IMG/VR virus record: IMGVR_UViG_3300025035_000074
Location: 1-30,989 of that record
Source: a virus
Taxonomy: Duplodnaviria > Caudoviricetes
Length of the DNA stretch: 30,989 bases
Reading direction: 5' to 3' (one strand)
Positions 10,492 through 20,723 of this stretch are shown here, piece after piece. The notes under the pieces are model-generated. The model had not been told where the DNA came from, did no database searches, and worked only from the letters and a program-made list of their open reading frames with translations. Numbering within the stretch: the first letter of the stretch is position 1; each line of letters begins with the position of its first letter. A program made the position numbers and the translations under genes.

Positions 10492-10818
10492 ATGAAATCA
10501 GAAGACATGGCAGAACTAAAGAAATCACTTTTAAAAGACTTGTTAAAACAGATGGATGGCGGGATTGTATCCAGCCTTAAGCCTGTAAAATCCACATCAA
10601 GCGAGCTTATCGTGATGGCTGGTGGCAAGAAACCAGAAAAAATGGAAGACGAAATGAAATACGATATGGAAGACAAAATGGAAGGTGAAATGGAAGACAA
10701 AATGGAAGACAAAATGGAATACGATATGGAAGAAAGCTGTAAAGCTGAACCTTCTGTTGAAGATGAAGAAGAAAGTGATATTCAGAAAAAACTACGCTAT
10801 TTGTTCAGTTCAATGTAA
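10492..10818 (+). CDS. Small acidic, Met-rich low-complexity protein
   Basis: GGAGG RBS at 10482-10486 favours ATG10492; contains MEDK-type repeats. Confidence 0.7.
   Translation: MKSEDMAELKKSLLKDLLKQMDGGIVSSLKPVKSTSSELIVMAGGKKPEKMEDEMKYDMEDKMEGEMEDKMEDKMEYDMEESCKAEPSVEDEEESDIQKKLRYLFSSM
10642..10737 (+). repeat. Eight 12-bp tandem units (consensus ATGGAAGACAAA)
   Basis: Encodes MEDE MKYD MEDK MEGE MEDK MEDK MEYD MEES. Confidence 0.9.
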
Positions 10819-10830
10819 AGGACATATATT

Positions 10831-11724
10831 ATGTCATCTATTAGATACGAAACTACGTCATTATGTAATCAGATCCGCAGGATTGGCTCATTGCCAACAA
10901 GCGCGAGCACATTTACTGATGATGATTTAACAGCTATTATGAATATGGAACTACAAGCATCTGTTGTTCCAATTATTCAGACTGCCCGCGAAGAATACTT
11001 TGTCATTGCTGATACAGTAACGGTTGCTGCTAATGTCGCCACTATTGACATTGCTTCAGAAGCTATTGGAATGAGAATACGAGACCTTGCAGTTGCATCT
11101 GGTAATAGTTTACAATACATTCCTCGTGTGACACCAGAACTTTATAACTCTTCGTTTGGATACTATATTCAGAACAACCAGATTATCTTATGCGCTCCAT
11201 TCACAACTGAAACAACATTTATCGTCAAGTATTACAAACGGCCAAACGATTTGACTACTGAAACTGTAAAAGTAGTTTCAAAAGGTGCTGGGACTACAAT
11301 AAATGTTGACAACATTCCAGATACTTGGGGAACTATCTCTAATAATATTACTATTGATGTGATTGACAAATCAGTTCCGTTCATTGGTAAAAAGTATAAT
11401 GTATCATCTACTATTACTGGGGCTAGCGCAATAAGTGTGACAGCAGAAGCATATGCGTTGATTGAAGTTGGTGATTACATTGCCTTAGAGGGAACCAGTC
11501 CAGTGCCACAATACATTCCAGTTGAAGCACACCACTTGATGGTCCAAGGTGCGAACACTCGTTGTTTAGAAGCACTTGGTGATAAGGATGGTTACAAGGC
11601 TGCTGCTGTAAAGTTCGCACAAATGACAGAAGCACTTATCTCTATCATCAACCCTCGTGTAGAAAGTCAAAGTAAAAAAGTTATTACAAATCGCACATTA
11701 CACTCAATGATTACAGGACGCTAA
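10831..11724 (+). CDS. Putative head-tail adaptor / tail tubular protein A-like
   Basis: Helical N-terminus (LCNQIRRIGSLP...FTDDDLTAIMN), YYKRP and IPVEAHHLMVQGA motifs of podoviral adaptors; directly precedes a large nozzle-like gene. Confidence 0.6.
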   Translation: MSSIRYETTSLCNQIRRIGSLPTSASTFTDDDLTAIMNMELQASVVPIIQTAREEYFVIADTVTVAANVATIDIASEAIGMRIRDLAVASGNSLQYIPRVTPELYNSSFGYYIQNNQIILCAPFTTETTFIVKYYKRPNDLTTETVKVVSKGAGTTINVDNIPDTWGTISNNITIDVIDKSVPFIGKKYNVSSTITGASAISVTAEAYALIEVGDYIALEGTSPVPQYIPVEAHHLMVQGANTRCLEALGDKDGYKAAAVKFAQMTEALISIINPRVESQSKKVITNRTLHSMITGR

Positions 11725-14226
11725 ATGGCACAATCACTCAACTTAAAGTTTTCAGGACTATGGACTAACCCTAACGAGTTCAGTGAGGTCCCAGTTGGTG
11801 CTATGAATATTGCTACAAATGTTGTTATTGACAAGGAAAGCATTATTGATAGTCGTCGTGGGTTCCAACACTATGGTATTCCACTATCTGCTAACTACAT
11901 TCGCTCACTATTAGCATTCAACGATACTAATATCGCTTTAACTACTGGTTCAGAACTGTATTACGATGCGGACAACAATGGAAACTGGACAAAATATGCT
12001 GGAACATTCCCTGCTCCAGCAAGCAATACTAAAACTCGTGCTATCCAAAGTAATAAAAATCTTTATTTCACAACAGCAGAAGGGATTTATAAGTTAGAGA
12101 GTGTAACAGCACAACCTCGTAAGGGTGGAGCCCCAAAAGGATTGGCTGGTATCGCAACAGCAACTGAAACGGTTGGATGGTTTACAGAAACCACTAATGT
12201 TGGGTATAGAATAGTATGGGGATATCGCGACACTAATAACAATCTCGTCCTTGGACCTCCATCAGATCGTATTATCGCAGCAAACACTTCTGACGGTCCA
12301 AAGAATGTTACTATTACATTCCAAGTTCCTACTGGTGTGGATGAGAACTGGTTCTACCAAGTGTATCGCTCCGCAATGAGTTCGGATTTGAATACTGTCG
12401 CATCAGATGATATGCAGCAAGTGTATGAGAACAATCCATCGTCATTAGAAATCACAAACCGTGAGATTTCAATCATTGATGTCACACCTGATGACTTAAA
12501 ACAGGCTGCTCTATACACAAATGCGACACAAGAGGGGATTGGTAATGCTAACTGGGCGCCTCCATTCTCAAAAGACATTTGTGTATATAAAAATCACGCA
12601 TTTTATGCTAATACTCGCACTATTCAACGACGATACTTTAACTTCATTGCGGTTGGCGGGACTGATGGTATTCAGATAGGTGATACATTTACATTTGTAG
12701 ATAATGCAGGTGGGTCATTTACAGTTTCTGCAGGATCATCAAACAATCCAAGTATTGGTCAATTTGAAGTTATTGATACACTAACACCAGCAGAAAATGT
12801 GGAACAAACTGCTCGTAAGTTTGCGGAAGTTGTCAATAAGTATTCAAATAATACTTTTATAAACTGCTACTATACATCAGGGTTTGACGAACTACCAGGT
12901 CAGATGATGGTAGAGAAACGGTCGTTGAATGGAAGCACATTCTTTATCAACTCGTCTCGTCCAAGTGCATCAAGTCCACGATTACAGCCTACTGGACAAG
13001 ATGTCATATCATCTAACGATGAGTTGCCAAACCGGGTGTGTATTTCCAAAATACAACAACCAGAAGCAGTTCCGTTATTGAACTATATTGACATTGGATC
13101 AGCAAATGAGCCTATTGAACGTATTTTGGCATTGCGTGATGGTATTATTGTTCTGAAAACAGATGGAGTATATCGCATATCAGGGGATAGTGTTTCTACA
13201 TTCAGGGTATCATTAATTGATAATACTGTTCGTATTCTAGCAAAAGACACTGCTGTTATCCTATCCAATCAAGTGTTCTGCTTATCAGATCAAGGTGTGG
13301 TTGCGATTACGGACACCGGGGCACAAGTTATTAGTCGTCCTATTGAAAACTTATTGACTAAATACACATCTAATGCACTTGCTAACTTTTCCACACTTGG
13401 TTTTGCTATTGCATATGAGAGTGACCGCAAGTATATCCTATTTGCACCATTAACATCAGCAGATACATTCTGTAAGATAGCATTTGTCTATAACATTTTC
13501 ACAAATACTTGGACTACTTGGACAAAGGACGCAACAACAGGTGCAGTTGATTATCTAAAAAACAAAATGATTATTGCTGCTCCCAGCACAGTGTTTGAGG
13601 ACACAACAGTTATGATTGAGCGTAAAGATTATGCGACATCAGATTATGTGGATGAAGAATATATAAAGTCTATTACTGATATTACTGGGAATGTTATTAC
13701 ACTTAACCCACTATTAGTTAAGTTAGGGGATGTTATCACACAAACATCTGGTGCAAAAGCAGTGATTACTGATGTTGGAAGTTCAACAGTTACAGTCACT
13801 TCATCTACTGGTTTGATACCAGGTGATTGTAGAGTAGTAAGACCTATCCCAACTGACATCAGGTTTAATAAGATCGATGCTGAAAATCCTGCGATTATGA
13901 AACACTTCCGTAGAACTGCATTTTTAGTAAGTGAAAGTGCCGCAAGTGAGATTAGTGTAGATTTTGAAAGCGATATTAGCGCAGGTTACAGCACTGTTAC
14001 ACTTACAAAAGCAGTTAAGGGACAGTGGGGAAATAGTGTATTTGGTGCTGTAACTTGGGGTAGTGGATCTGCTGGACAGGTTATTCGTCTGGAAACACTT
14101 GTTCCACAACATCAACAACGGTGCAACTGGTTAAATATTCGTATCAATACCCGTGATGTGTATTCATCATTGGGATTGAATGGTGTTAGCTTGATTTTTG
14201 AAGGAATGAGCGAAAAGTTCAAATAA
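11725..14226 (+). CDS. Putative tail nozzle / tubular protein B (stabilisation protein-like)
   Basis: 833 aa, beta-rich; FSGLWTNP...NVVID...SRRG N-terminus; propeller-like segments (IERILALRDGIIVLKTDGVYRISG; YNIFTNTWTTW). Confidence 0.65.
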   Translation: MAQSLNLKFSGLWTNPNEFSEVPVGAMNIATNVVIDKESIIDSRRGFQHYGIPLSANYIRSLLAFNDTNIALTTGSELYYDADNNGNWTKYAGTFPAPASNTKTRAIQSNKNLYFTTAEGIYKLESVTAQPRKGGAPKGLAGIATATETVGWFTETTNVGYRIVWGYRDTNNNLVLGPPSDRIIAANTSDGPKNVTITFQVPTGVDENWFYQVYRSAMSSDLNTVASDDMQQVYENNPSSLEITNREISIIDVTPDDLKQAALYTNATQEGIGNANWAPPFSKDICVYKNHAFYANTRTIQRRYFNFIAVGGTDGIQIGDTFTFVDNAGGSFTVSAGSSNNPSIGQFEVIDTLTPAENVEQTARKFAEVVNKYSNNTFINCYYTSGFDELPGQMMVEKRSLNGSTFFINSSRPSASSPRLQPTGQDVISSNDELPNRVCISKIQQPEAVPLLNYIDIGSANEPIERILALRDGIIVLKTDGVYRISGDSVSTFRVSLIDNTVRILAKDTAVILSNQVFCLSDQGVVAITDTGAQVISRPIENLLTKYTSNALANFSTLGFAIAYESDRKYILFAPLTSADTFCKIAFVYNIFTNTWTTWTKDATTGAVDYLKNKMIIAAPSTVFEDTTVMIERKDYATSDYVDEEYIKSITDITGNVITLNPLLVKLGDVITQTSGAKAVITDVGSSTVTVTSSTGLIPGDCRVVRPIPTDIRFNKIDAENPAIMKHFRRTAFLVSESAASEISVDFESDISAGYSTVTLTKAVKGQWGNSVFGAVTWGSGSAGQVIRLETLVPQHQQRCNWLNIRINTRDVYSSLGLNGVSLIFEGMSEKFK

Positions 14227-14229
14227 AAT

Positions 14230-14649
14230 ATGAGTAATATACCAGATTTCAAACGGATGCTAAGGGAGGACTTTAAGGATGTCCCTGGTGAATGGATTGA
14301 TAAGTTGATCTATCCTATCAACTCGTTCAGTGAGCAGGTTACTTCTGCAATGAATAGGAACTTGACTATTGGTGAAAATGTCACCGGGATGATTTACACT
14401 ACAGTATTCTCCACACCATCCACTTACATAAAAAATAAGTCCTTCAATCAAATCAACATACCGTGGAACTTCCGGGTGGCACCAAGGTCTGTAACGATTG
14501 GACAGTTAATAAACCAAGATAATGATGCACCTATTACTAATCCTGTTAGTTTAGATTGGAGACAAACCGGTCCAAATGCAATAACTGTTCGGTTTATGGT
14601 TGGATTGAAGAATAATACTAAATATACAGTAACCTTCCTGATATTATAA
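14230..14649 (+). CDS. Small virion protein, unknown function
   Basis: 139-aa ORF tightly packed between the nozzle-like and ejection genes. Confidence 0.6.
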   Translation: MSNIPDFKRMLREDFKDVPGEWIDKLIYPINSFSEQVTSAMNRNLTIGENVTGMIYTTVFSTPSTYIKNKSFNQINIPWNFRVAPRSVTIGQLINQDNDAPITNPVSLDWRQTGPNAITVRFMVGLKNNTKYTVTFLIL

Positions 14650-14666
14650 CACTGGGACACATCACT

Positions 14667-16478
14667 ATGGCATACATAAAAACATTAAAAGACTTGGAGT
14701 TAGAGAAGGAAAATCAGCAGACTGGATTTACTGCATCTACTGGCCCATCTGAAACTACCAACGCAACATCTGATGTTGCAGGACAAACAACTGCTGCACC
14801 TGCACTATCATCTGCGACTGGGGCAAAGACACCATCACAAAGTGGAAGGTTTGTTAATCTACAAAACTACATTTCGGCTAATCAACCACAAGCAGTGAAG
14901 TTAGGTGAGAATGTTGCTGGACAGATTGGGAAAGAAGTTGATGAAGCAAAAACTGCTATTACAACTGCTGGAAATACTTTTGGTCAAGAAGTAGAGAAAG
15001 GAACTACTACTTACAATAAGGATATAGTCAATAAGGCTATTGCAGCGCCAACCACATTTGGCAACACAGCAGAAGCAGCACAGTTTGGGCAAATGTTATC
15101 AGGTGGCTATCAAGGTCCTACACTAACATCATCTACTGCGTGGCAGCCTGCTGTAAAAGAAGCACAAGAAGCCCAAGAGGCAGGAAAACTTGCTGGGACT
15201 GCTGGTGGTAGAGTGGAGTTGCTTCGTGATATAGCGAAAACTCCTTACTCACAAGGCGGATTATCATTTAACCAGTTGTTATTACAGAATACAGAACCTG
15301 CTCGTCAGAAGGTTGCTGCTGCTGCTGAACAAACGAAACCTATTGGAACAGAGTTAGAAGGTGCATTGACGAAAGGTCAAGAAGCAGTTGCAAATGCTAT
15401 TAACACTGGGCAAGCAACAAGACAGAAAGTTGTGGATGATGTTACTGCTGTTACTACTCAGTTTGAGAATGAGTTACTTTCAAAGGTAGAACAGAACAGA
15501 GCATTGACATTAGCACAACAACAATTGGCAAAGAATGAGATTGCCAATGGAGCACCTAGTGCGAACACATTAGCAATGCTTGGATTGACACGAGCACAAT
15601 ATGATAATGTAAAAGCAAGAAGTGCTGAAGCTAACACACTTGGTGGTCAAGGTGTTGATTTATCAACATTCATTACTTCAAGAAATCCAGATGAGTTTAT
15701 CAATCCACAATCTATCGCAACATATGATGAGGCACTTCGTTATAGAGCATTGAATAGTTTAATTGGAAATCAAGGTAATCTTTCACTTATTCCAGAAGTA
15801 TCTGCGCTTACAGCACGCGGTGGTGCTTCTAAATCTGCACTGGGAGTGGATATCAACACAGTTAATGCGGAACTATCACGTCAGATTGAGACTGGTAAAG
15901 CCCGGCGTGAAGCTGCAAAAGCTAATGCAGAGTTCCTTGCAGCGCAAGAACGAGCGATGGCGCAAGCACGAGCACAAGCAGAAGAAGCTAAAAAACGTGG
16001 TCAGAAGCAAATGATTGGTGCAGCAATTGGATACGCTGTTGGTGGTCCTGTTGGAGGATTAGTTGGATCCGTTTTAGGGGGATGCTTCATTACTACGGCA
16101 ATCGTTACGAGTATTGGTAAAGATGATAACTGTGAAGAGCTTGTAATGATGAGAGATTTGCGTGATAGCTTTGTTATTTTAAATCATCCAGCTGAGGTGA
16201 CTTACTACTATCAATACGCTCCATCAATAGTTAAACTAATTAATGAGCGTAAGGATAGTGAGTTAGTCTATAACATTTTATATGATGAATATATTCGTCC
16301 TATTACTAAAATGGTATATGCGTATGATTATGAAGAAGCATACGACAAGTATAACGAAATGGTTGATTATGCAAGACAAGTCGCTAATGGTGAAATAGTT
16401 CCAAAAGCATCACTTCTAACAAAAATCAAGATAGTATGTAGAAAAGTCGCAAACTATGTAAATAAACTAAAAGGATAA
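14667..16478 (+). CDS. Putative internal virion (ejection) protein with C-terminal CFI-box-CTERM-like domain
   Basis: A/Q/T-rich helical body; glycine zipper IGAAIGYAVGGPVGGLVGSVLGG; then CFITTA...ELVMMRDLRD...YYQYAPSIV (Cys473 at 16083). Confidence 0.7.
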   Translation: MAYIKTLKDLELEKENQQTGFTASTGPSETTNATSDVAGQTTAAPALSSATGAKTPSQSGRFVNLQNYISANQPQAVKLGENVAGQIGKEVDEAKTAITTAGNTFGQEVEKGTTTYNKDIVNKAIAAPTTFGNTAEAAQFGQMLSGGYQGPTLTSSTAWQPAVKEAQEAQEAGKLAGTAGGRVELLRDIAKTPYSQGGLSFNQLLLQNTEPARQKVAAAAEQTKPIGTELEGALTKGQEAVANAINTGQATRQKVVDDVTAVTTQFENELLSKVEQNRALTLAQQQLAKNEIANGAPSANTLAMLGLTRAQYDNVKARSAEANTLGGQGVDLSTFITSRNPDEFINPQSIATYDEALRYRALNSLIGNQGNLSLIPEVSALTARGGASKSALGVDINTVNAELSRQIETGKARREAAKANAEFLAAQERAMAQARAQAEEAKKRGQKQMIGAAIGYAVGGPVGGLVGSVLGGCFITTAIVTSIGKDDNCEELVMMRDLRDSFVILNHPAEVTYYYQYAPSIVKLINERKDSELVYNILYDEYIRPITKMVYAYDYEEAYDKYNEMVDYARQVANGEIVPKASLLTKIKIVCRKVANYVNKLKG

Positions 16479-16482
16479 TATT

Positions 16483-17697
16483 ATGGGACTATTTTCTGGG
16501 ATTATGGATATATTGAGTGGTGGCTCACGAAGTGATGCTTCTGCGTCGTATAGTGGTGCTGTTAGTGCTCTATCAGGATTGATACCACCTACTGCGGAAG
16601 AAACTGCTGTCAGTCTGGAACGAATGGTGCTGGCTGGAACACTTACACCTGCACAAGCACAAGCACAATTACAAGAAGCAACCAGATTGGCTGGTATCCA
16701 AACTAATCCTCAACTTGCTGCTGCTCAACTAAACGCTTTAACTGAACTACAACGGGTTAGCCAAGAAGGTGGATTGACTTCCATTGACAGATCTAAACTA
16801 AATGCTATTCAGACAGATGAGCAAACAGCAGAGCGTGGTCAAAGAGAAGCATTATTACAAAATGCTCAACAACGCGGTGTTGCGGGGTCTGGATTGGAAC
16901 TGGCTGCGCAACTTTCAAATGAACAGAATGCTGCTAATCGTGCTAGTGCTCGTGGAACAGAAGTTGCTGCCCAGGCACAAGAAAGAGCATTGCGTGCTAT
17001 TCAAAATGCAGGTGAACTGTCTGGACAACTGCGTGACCAGGATTTTGCGGAACAAAGTTCTAAAGCAAAAGCACAAGATGCTATCAACGCATTTAATACT
17101 AATATGCGGCAACAAGCAGAAATAGCAAACACATCATCTGCTAACACTGCGCAGAATCAAAACTTGGCTAACCAGATGAAGGTTCAAGAGTTGAATCTTG
17201 GACAACAAAAGGCTGAACAGTTAGCGGCTGCTGAATCCGCTAATACTCAATATCAATCACAAATTGATTTAGCGAAGGCTCGTGCTGGTGCGTTACAATC
17301 ACAAGGTGCTTCTCAAGCAACTCAGGGCAAGGATACACTATCTGGAGTCACTGGTGCTATTGGCAATATTGCTTCAAACTGGGATACTTACTCTAAACTC
17401 GGTTCTACTGTTGCTGGGTGGTTTAGTGATGAAAATCTAAAAAAGGAAAGAAAAGAACTTACCAGCGACGAAATTGGAGATATGTTAAACAACTTAACTG
17501 GATACTCTTATAAATACAAAGGAAGCAATGAGCCAGGTGTTGGAGTAATGGCGCAAGACTTAGAGAATACTCCACTTAGTGATAATGTTGTTGATACGCC
17601 AAAGGGCAAAATGGTAGTCTCTGACCCCACCATGCAAAGCGCAATGCTGGCTGCATTAGCAAACTTAAACAAACGTCTAAACGACATTGAAGGATAA
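16483..17697 (+). CDS. Putative ejection/pilot protein with C-terminal peptidase S74 (intramolecular chaperone) domain
   Basis: MGLFSG N-terminus, A/Q-rich body (QQRGVAGSG), then FSDENLK...YSYKYK...GVMAQDLE and a terminal coiled coil LAALANLNKRL. Confidence 0.78.
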   Translation: MGLFSGIMDILSGGSRSDASASYSGAVSALSGLIPPTAEETAVSLERMVLAGTLTPAQAQAQLQEATRLAGIQTNPQLAAAQLNALTELQRVSQEGGLTSIDRSKLNAIQTDEQTAERGQREALLQNAQQRGVAGSGLELAAQLSNEQNAANRASARGTEVAAQAQERALRAIQNAGELSGQLRDQDFAEQSSKAKAQDAINAFNTNMRQQAEIANTSSANTAQNQNLANQMKVQELNLGQQKAEQLAAAESANTQYQSQIDLAKARAGALQSQGASQATQGKDTLSGVTGAIGNIASNWDTYSKLGSTVAGWFSDENLKKERKELTSDEIGDMLNNLTGYSYKYKGSNEPGVGVMAQDLENTPLSDNVVDTPKGKMVVSDPTMQSAMLAALANLNKRLNDIEG

Positions 17698-17701
17698 TAA
17701 C

Positions 17702-19201
17702 ATGGCAGATTACTCACTATACAATCAATATGCAGCGACCCAACCTAATCCAAGCGAGGAAGGATTTAACTCAATGTTGGGTAAGTTGCGTGAATATATG
17801 CCTGATGCAACTGATGATGATTTTCAGACAATATTTGACACAGCAGCAGCAGTAAAAGGAACAGGCACTCTTACTCCAAAGGGTGCTGCGTATGCCCAGC
17901 TCATTGATGAAGAAACACAAAAGAGAACAGCCCGTGGTTTACCTGCGTTACCTACACAAGAAGAAGTGTCTGGTTATCAAGCACCTATTCCACCAGCACC
18001 ACCACAAGCACCACCAGCACCTATTCCACAAGCAGCACCACAAGCACAACCACACCCTACACGCAATAAGACTGGGGAAGCCATTGGTGGATTTTTTGCT
18101 GCTTTAGGCGGACCACAAGTTGCTCAACAATATCAATCTGGGATTGAGTTAAAAGATAAGCAGGACAAGGCTGCTTCTGACGAGGAAACTAGTCAAGAAG
18201 TAATGAAGCAAACTCGTGAAGAGTGGGCACAAAAGAAGCGTGAAGCAGATGCTAAGTTTAAAGAAAGTCAAAATCTATCTGATCCAACCTCTGATGTAAG
18301 TAAGGTTACTCGTGAAGCTATAAAACGATTAGCAAGTCAAGACCCTAAACTTGGTGAGATGTTGAGTCGTATGGACATTGACAATATGAGTGCTGCCCAG
18401 TTATCAAAGATTTTGCCATTTTTGGATAAGATTGTAGACAACACCACACAGCAACTAAAACTACAGCACAAGAAAGAACTTGATGATGCTAACAATGAAT
18501 ACAAGTTAAAACTATTAGATGCTAAAATAGAAACCTTGAAAGTTGGTCGCACTGGTGGTGGCAGTCGTTCATCAGGTGGTCGTTCATCAGGTGGTGGGCA
18601 ACCCGCAACTGTTGGAGCAGATGGTATTCCAAAGATTTCTGGTATCAAAGTAGACAGACAAGGTAATAGGTCCATTGACCCAATTGTGGCAAGAGAACTA
18701 TCTGATAAACAGAAGGCTGCTGCACTTGCAGGGCAGTTTATTAAAAATGTGCCAGCCATTAGAACTATTTTACCTGATGCATCACAATCTGGTGTTGGTG
18801 AGTTAGTTGGTAAGGCACAGTCGTTCATTGGGGTGGGTAAAACTGGTGCGGCAAATAAGAAAATGGAACAGTTTGCAAATGCAGCATTGGGAGCATTAAA
18901 CTCTCCATTGATGAAAGGTGCCCCAAGTGAGGCTGATGCTCGTAGGGCATTATCTATTATCAATGATCCTACCGCACCACTTAATGTTAAAGAACAAGCA
19001 CTTGATCAGTTTGAGTCTGCTTTACAACTGGCTATCAATAGTCACAACGATGCTGTATCACAATATGATAGTGAAACATTAGATAAATTAAAAGGAGTTG
19101 GAGTTACTTTTGTTGGCGGAGGTAATAAACCACCAGCAGCCCTAACATCTTCCCCAGCAAGAACACGAGTATATAACCCATCAACTGGTAAACTGGAGTA
19201 A
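17702..19201 (+). CDS. Putative internal virion/ejection protein
   Basis: About 500 aa, helical, with P/Q- and G/S-rich linkers; in the ejection cluster; AAGGA RBS favours ATG17702. Confidence 0.6.
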   Translation: MADYSLYNQYAATQPNPSEEGFNSMLGKLREYMPDATDDDFQTIFDTAAAVKGTGTLTPKGAAYAQLIDEETQKRTARGLPALPTQEEVSGYQAPIPPAPPQAPPAPIPQAAPQAQPHPTRNKTGEAIGGFFAALGGPQVAQQYQSGIELKDKQDKAASDEETSQEVMKQTREEWAQKKREADAKFKESQNLSDPTSDVSKVTREAIKRLASQDPKLGEMLSRMDIDNMSAAQLSKILPFLDKIVDNTTQQLKLQHKKELDDANNEYKLKLLDAKIETLKVGRTGGGSRSSGGRSSGGGQPATVGADGIPKISGIKVDRQGNRSIDPIVARELSDKQKAAALAGQFIKNVPAIRTILPDASQSGVGELVGKAQSFIGVGKTGAANKKMEQFANAALGALNSPLMKGAPSEADARRALSIINDPTAPLNVKEQALDQFESALQLAINSHNDAVSQYDSETLDKLKGVGVTFVGGGNKPPAALTSSPARTRVYNPSTGKLE

Positions 19202-19203
19202 TA

Positions 19204-20706
19204 ATGGCTGATTTTCAACGCATTAACCATCCAACGCTTGGATCTATTGATTTTCCAGCAAGCATGTCAGATGACGAAGTAGTATCTGCTATTAAGCGAC
19301 TTGAAACTACTGATTCACAACCAGCACCAGCAGCAGAAGAACCCGGATTGTTTCAACCAGGTTCAACAAGTGAAGCAATAGTTCGCGGAGCAAGTCAAGG
19401 AGCAACATTTGGGTTTGGTGATGAGATTCAAGCAGCAATTAGAGCAGGTGGTGCTAAACTAACTGGAGATTCCAGACCAGTAGGCGATATCTATTCTGAT
19501 TATCGTGATACTGAACGAGCAGCAAATGTAACATCTTCAGATACAAATCCAGTTGCTTATACAGCATCAAACATAGTTGGTTCAGTTCCAGCAATACTAG
19601 GCACAGGGGGAGCAGGTGCTACAGTTAAAGGGGCTACCGCAATAGGGGCAGGCGTTGGATTAGGAAATGCTGAAGGATCAGCAAGTGATCAAATTATGAA
19701 CACTGTGATTGGCGGAGCTACTGGTGGTGCGATAGCAAAAGTGGCACCAGTAGTATCACGATATGGTTCAGCAGTAGTTAAAGCAATTCCAACAGCAGCA
19801 AAAATAGCAGGTAAATCTGGTGTAGAAGAAGCAGCACAGTGGTCAGGGGCGAGTGGTGGCATTCATATACTTTCTACCATTGGCAAAACCGTGAGAGGAG
19901 AGAACGCAGTAACTCCAACAGTATCAGAAATATTGAAACCAGCAATTACTCACACTCTTGGCCCAGCAGGATATGCTATAGCAGGTGCTGCGACAGTTGG
20001 CAAGGGTATTATTGAAGGTGCTAAAGCAGGCAGTAAGATTGTATCAAAGGAATTAGCAAAGACTGCGCCCGCAGTATCAGATGATGTAGCCAAACCAGTC
20101 TGGGCAAAGATTATGGCTTATGTCAAGCAGCAGCCAAAAGGATCACCAGCGGCTGCACCTGAAACTAAAACTGCTCAAGAAATATTCACATTAAATCAAA
20201 CAAATCCACAAGCACGGCAAATTCTTGGAAGCACTACCACTCCAACAAGTGAATTACCTGTCCCACAAATTAGACAAGTAAGAACTGAAGCAGAAAAAAA
20301 TGACATTATAGCACAGATTAGAGCAAGAAAATTAGGTGCTGTTAAACCTGTGGAAGCAACAACGCCAGCAAAAGTTCCGTTATCAACTGATCCTGCTATT
20401 CGTAAGGAGCAAATACTCAATGAAATTAAATCACGCAATGGTGACTTAGGTGCTAAACCAGTATCATTTGAAGTGCCAGGTGCTCCACCTGCGTTTGAAA
20501 AATCATATACTGTTACGGAGTTGGAAGATTTAGCAGGTCTAAGTAAAACTAAATCAGTAACACCACAAAGCGATAAAGACCCAGCTAAAGTATTACAAGG
20601 TGAGATATTGAATTTAACTCGTAAAATGCAAGCAGAAACTAATCCAGGCAGATATAAAATATTCCAAAAGATGTTAGAGGCTAAAACTAGCCAATTAAAT
20701 AAATAA
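19204..20706 (+). CDS. Putative ejection (DNA-transfer) protein
   Basis: IDFPASMSDDEVVSAI N-terminal module and RGASQGATFGFGDEI motif, followed by Gly/Ala-rich helices, as in podoviral injection proteins. Confidence 0.65.
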   Translation: MADFQRINHPTLGSIDFPASMSDDEVVSAIKRLETTDSQPAPAAEEPGLFQPGSTSEAIVRGASQGATFGFGDEIQAAIRAGGAKLTGDSRPVGDIYSDYRDTERAANVTSSDTNPVAYTASNIVGSVPAILGTGGAGATVKGATAIGAGVGLGNAEGSASDQIMNTVIGGATGGAIAKVAPVVSRYGSAVVKAIPTAAKIAGKSGVEEAAQWSGASGGIHILSTIGKTVRGENAVTPTVSEILKPAITHTLGPAGYAIAGAATVGKGIIEGAKAGSKIVSKELAKTAPAVSDDVAKPVWAKIMAYVKQQPKGSPAAAPETKTAQEIFTLNQTNPQARQILGSTTTPTSELPVPQIRQVRTEAEKNDIIAQIRARKLGAVKPVEATTPAKVPLSTDPAIRKEQILNEIKSRNGDLGAKPVSFEVPGAPPAFEKSYTVTELEDLAGLSKTKSVTPQSDKDPAKVLQGEILNLTRKMQAETNPGRYKIFQKMLEAKTSQLNK

Positions 20707-20723
20707 TGAGAAGAGAGTAAAAT

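Noticed and set aside
16083-16478. Intein/Hint domain starting at GG-CF
   Set aside because: The sequence after CF is helical with RD-x-RD and YY-x-x-AP; there is no Hint block B TxxH and no terminal HN.
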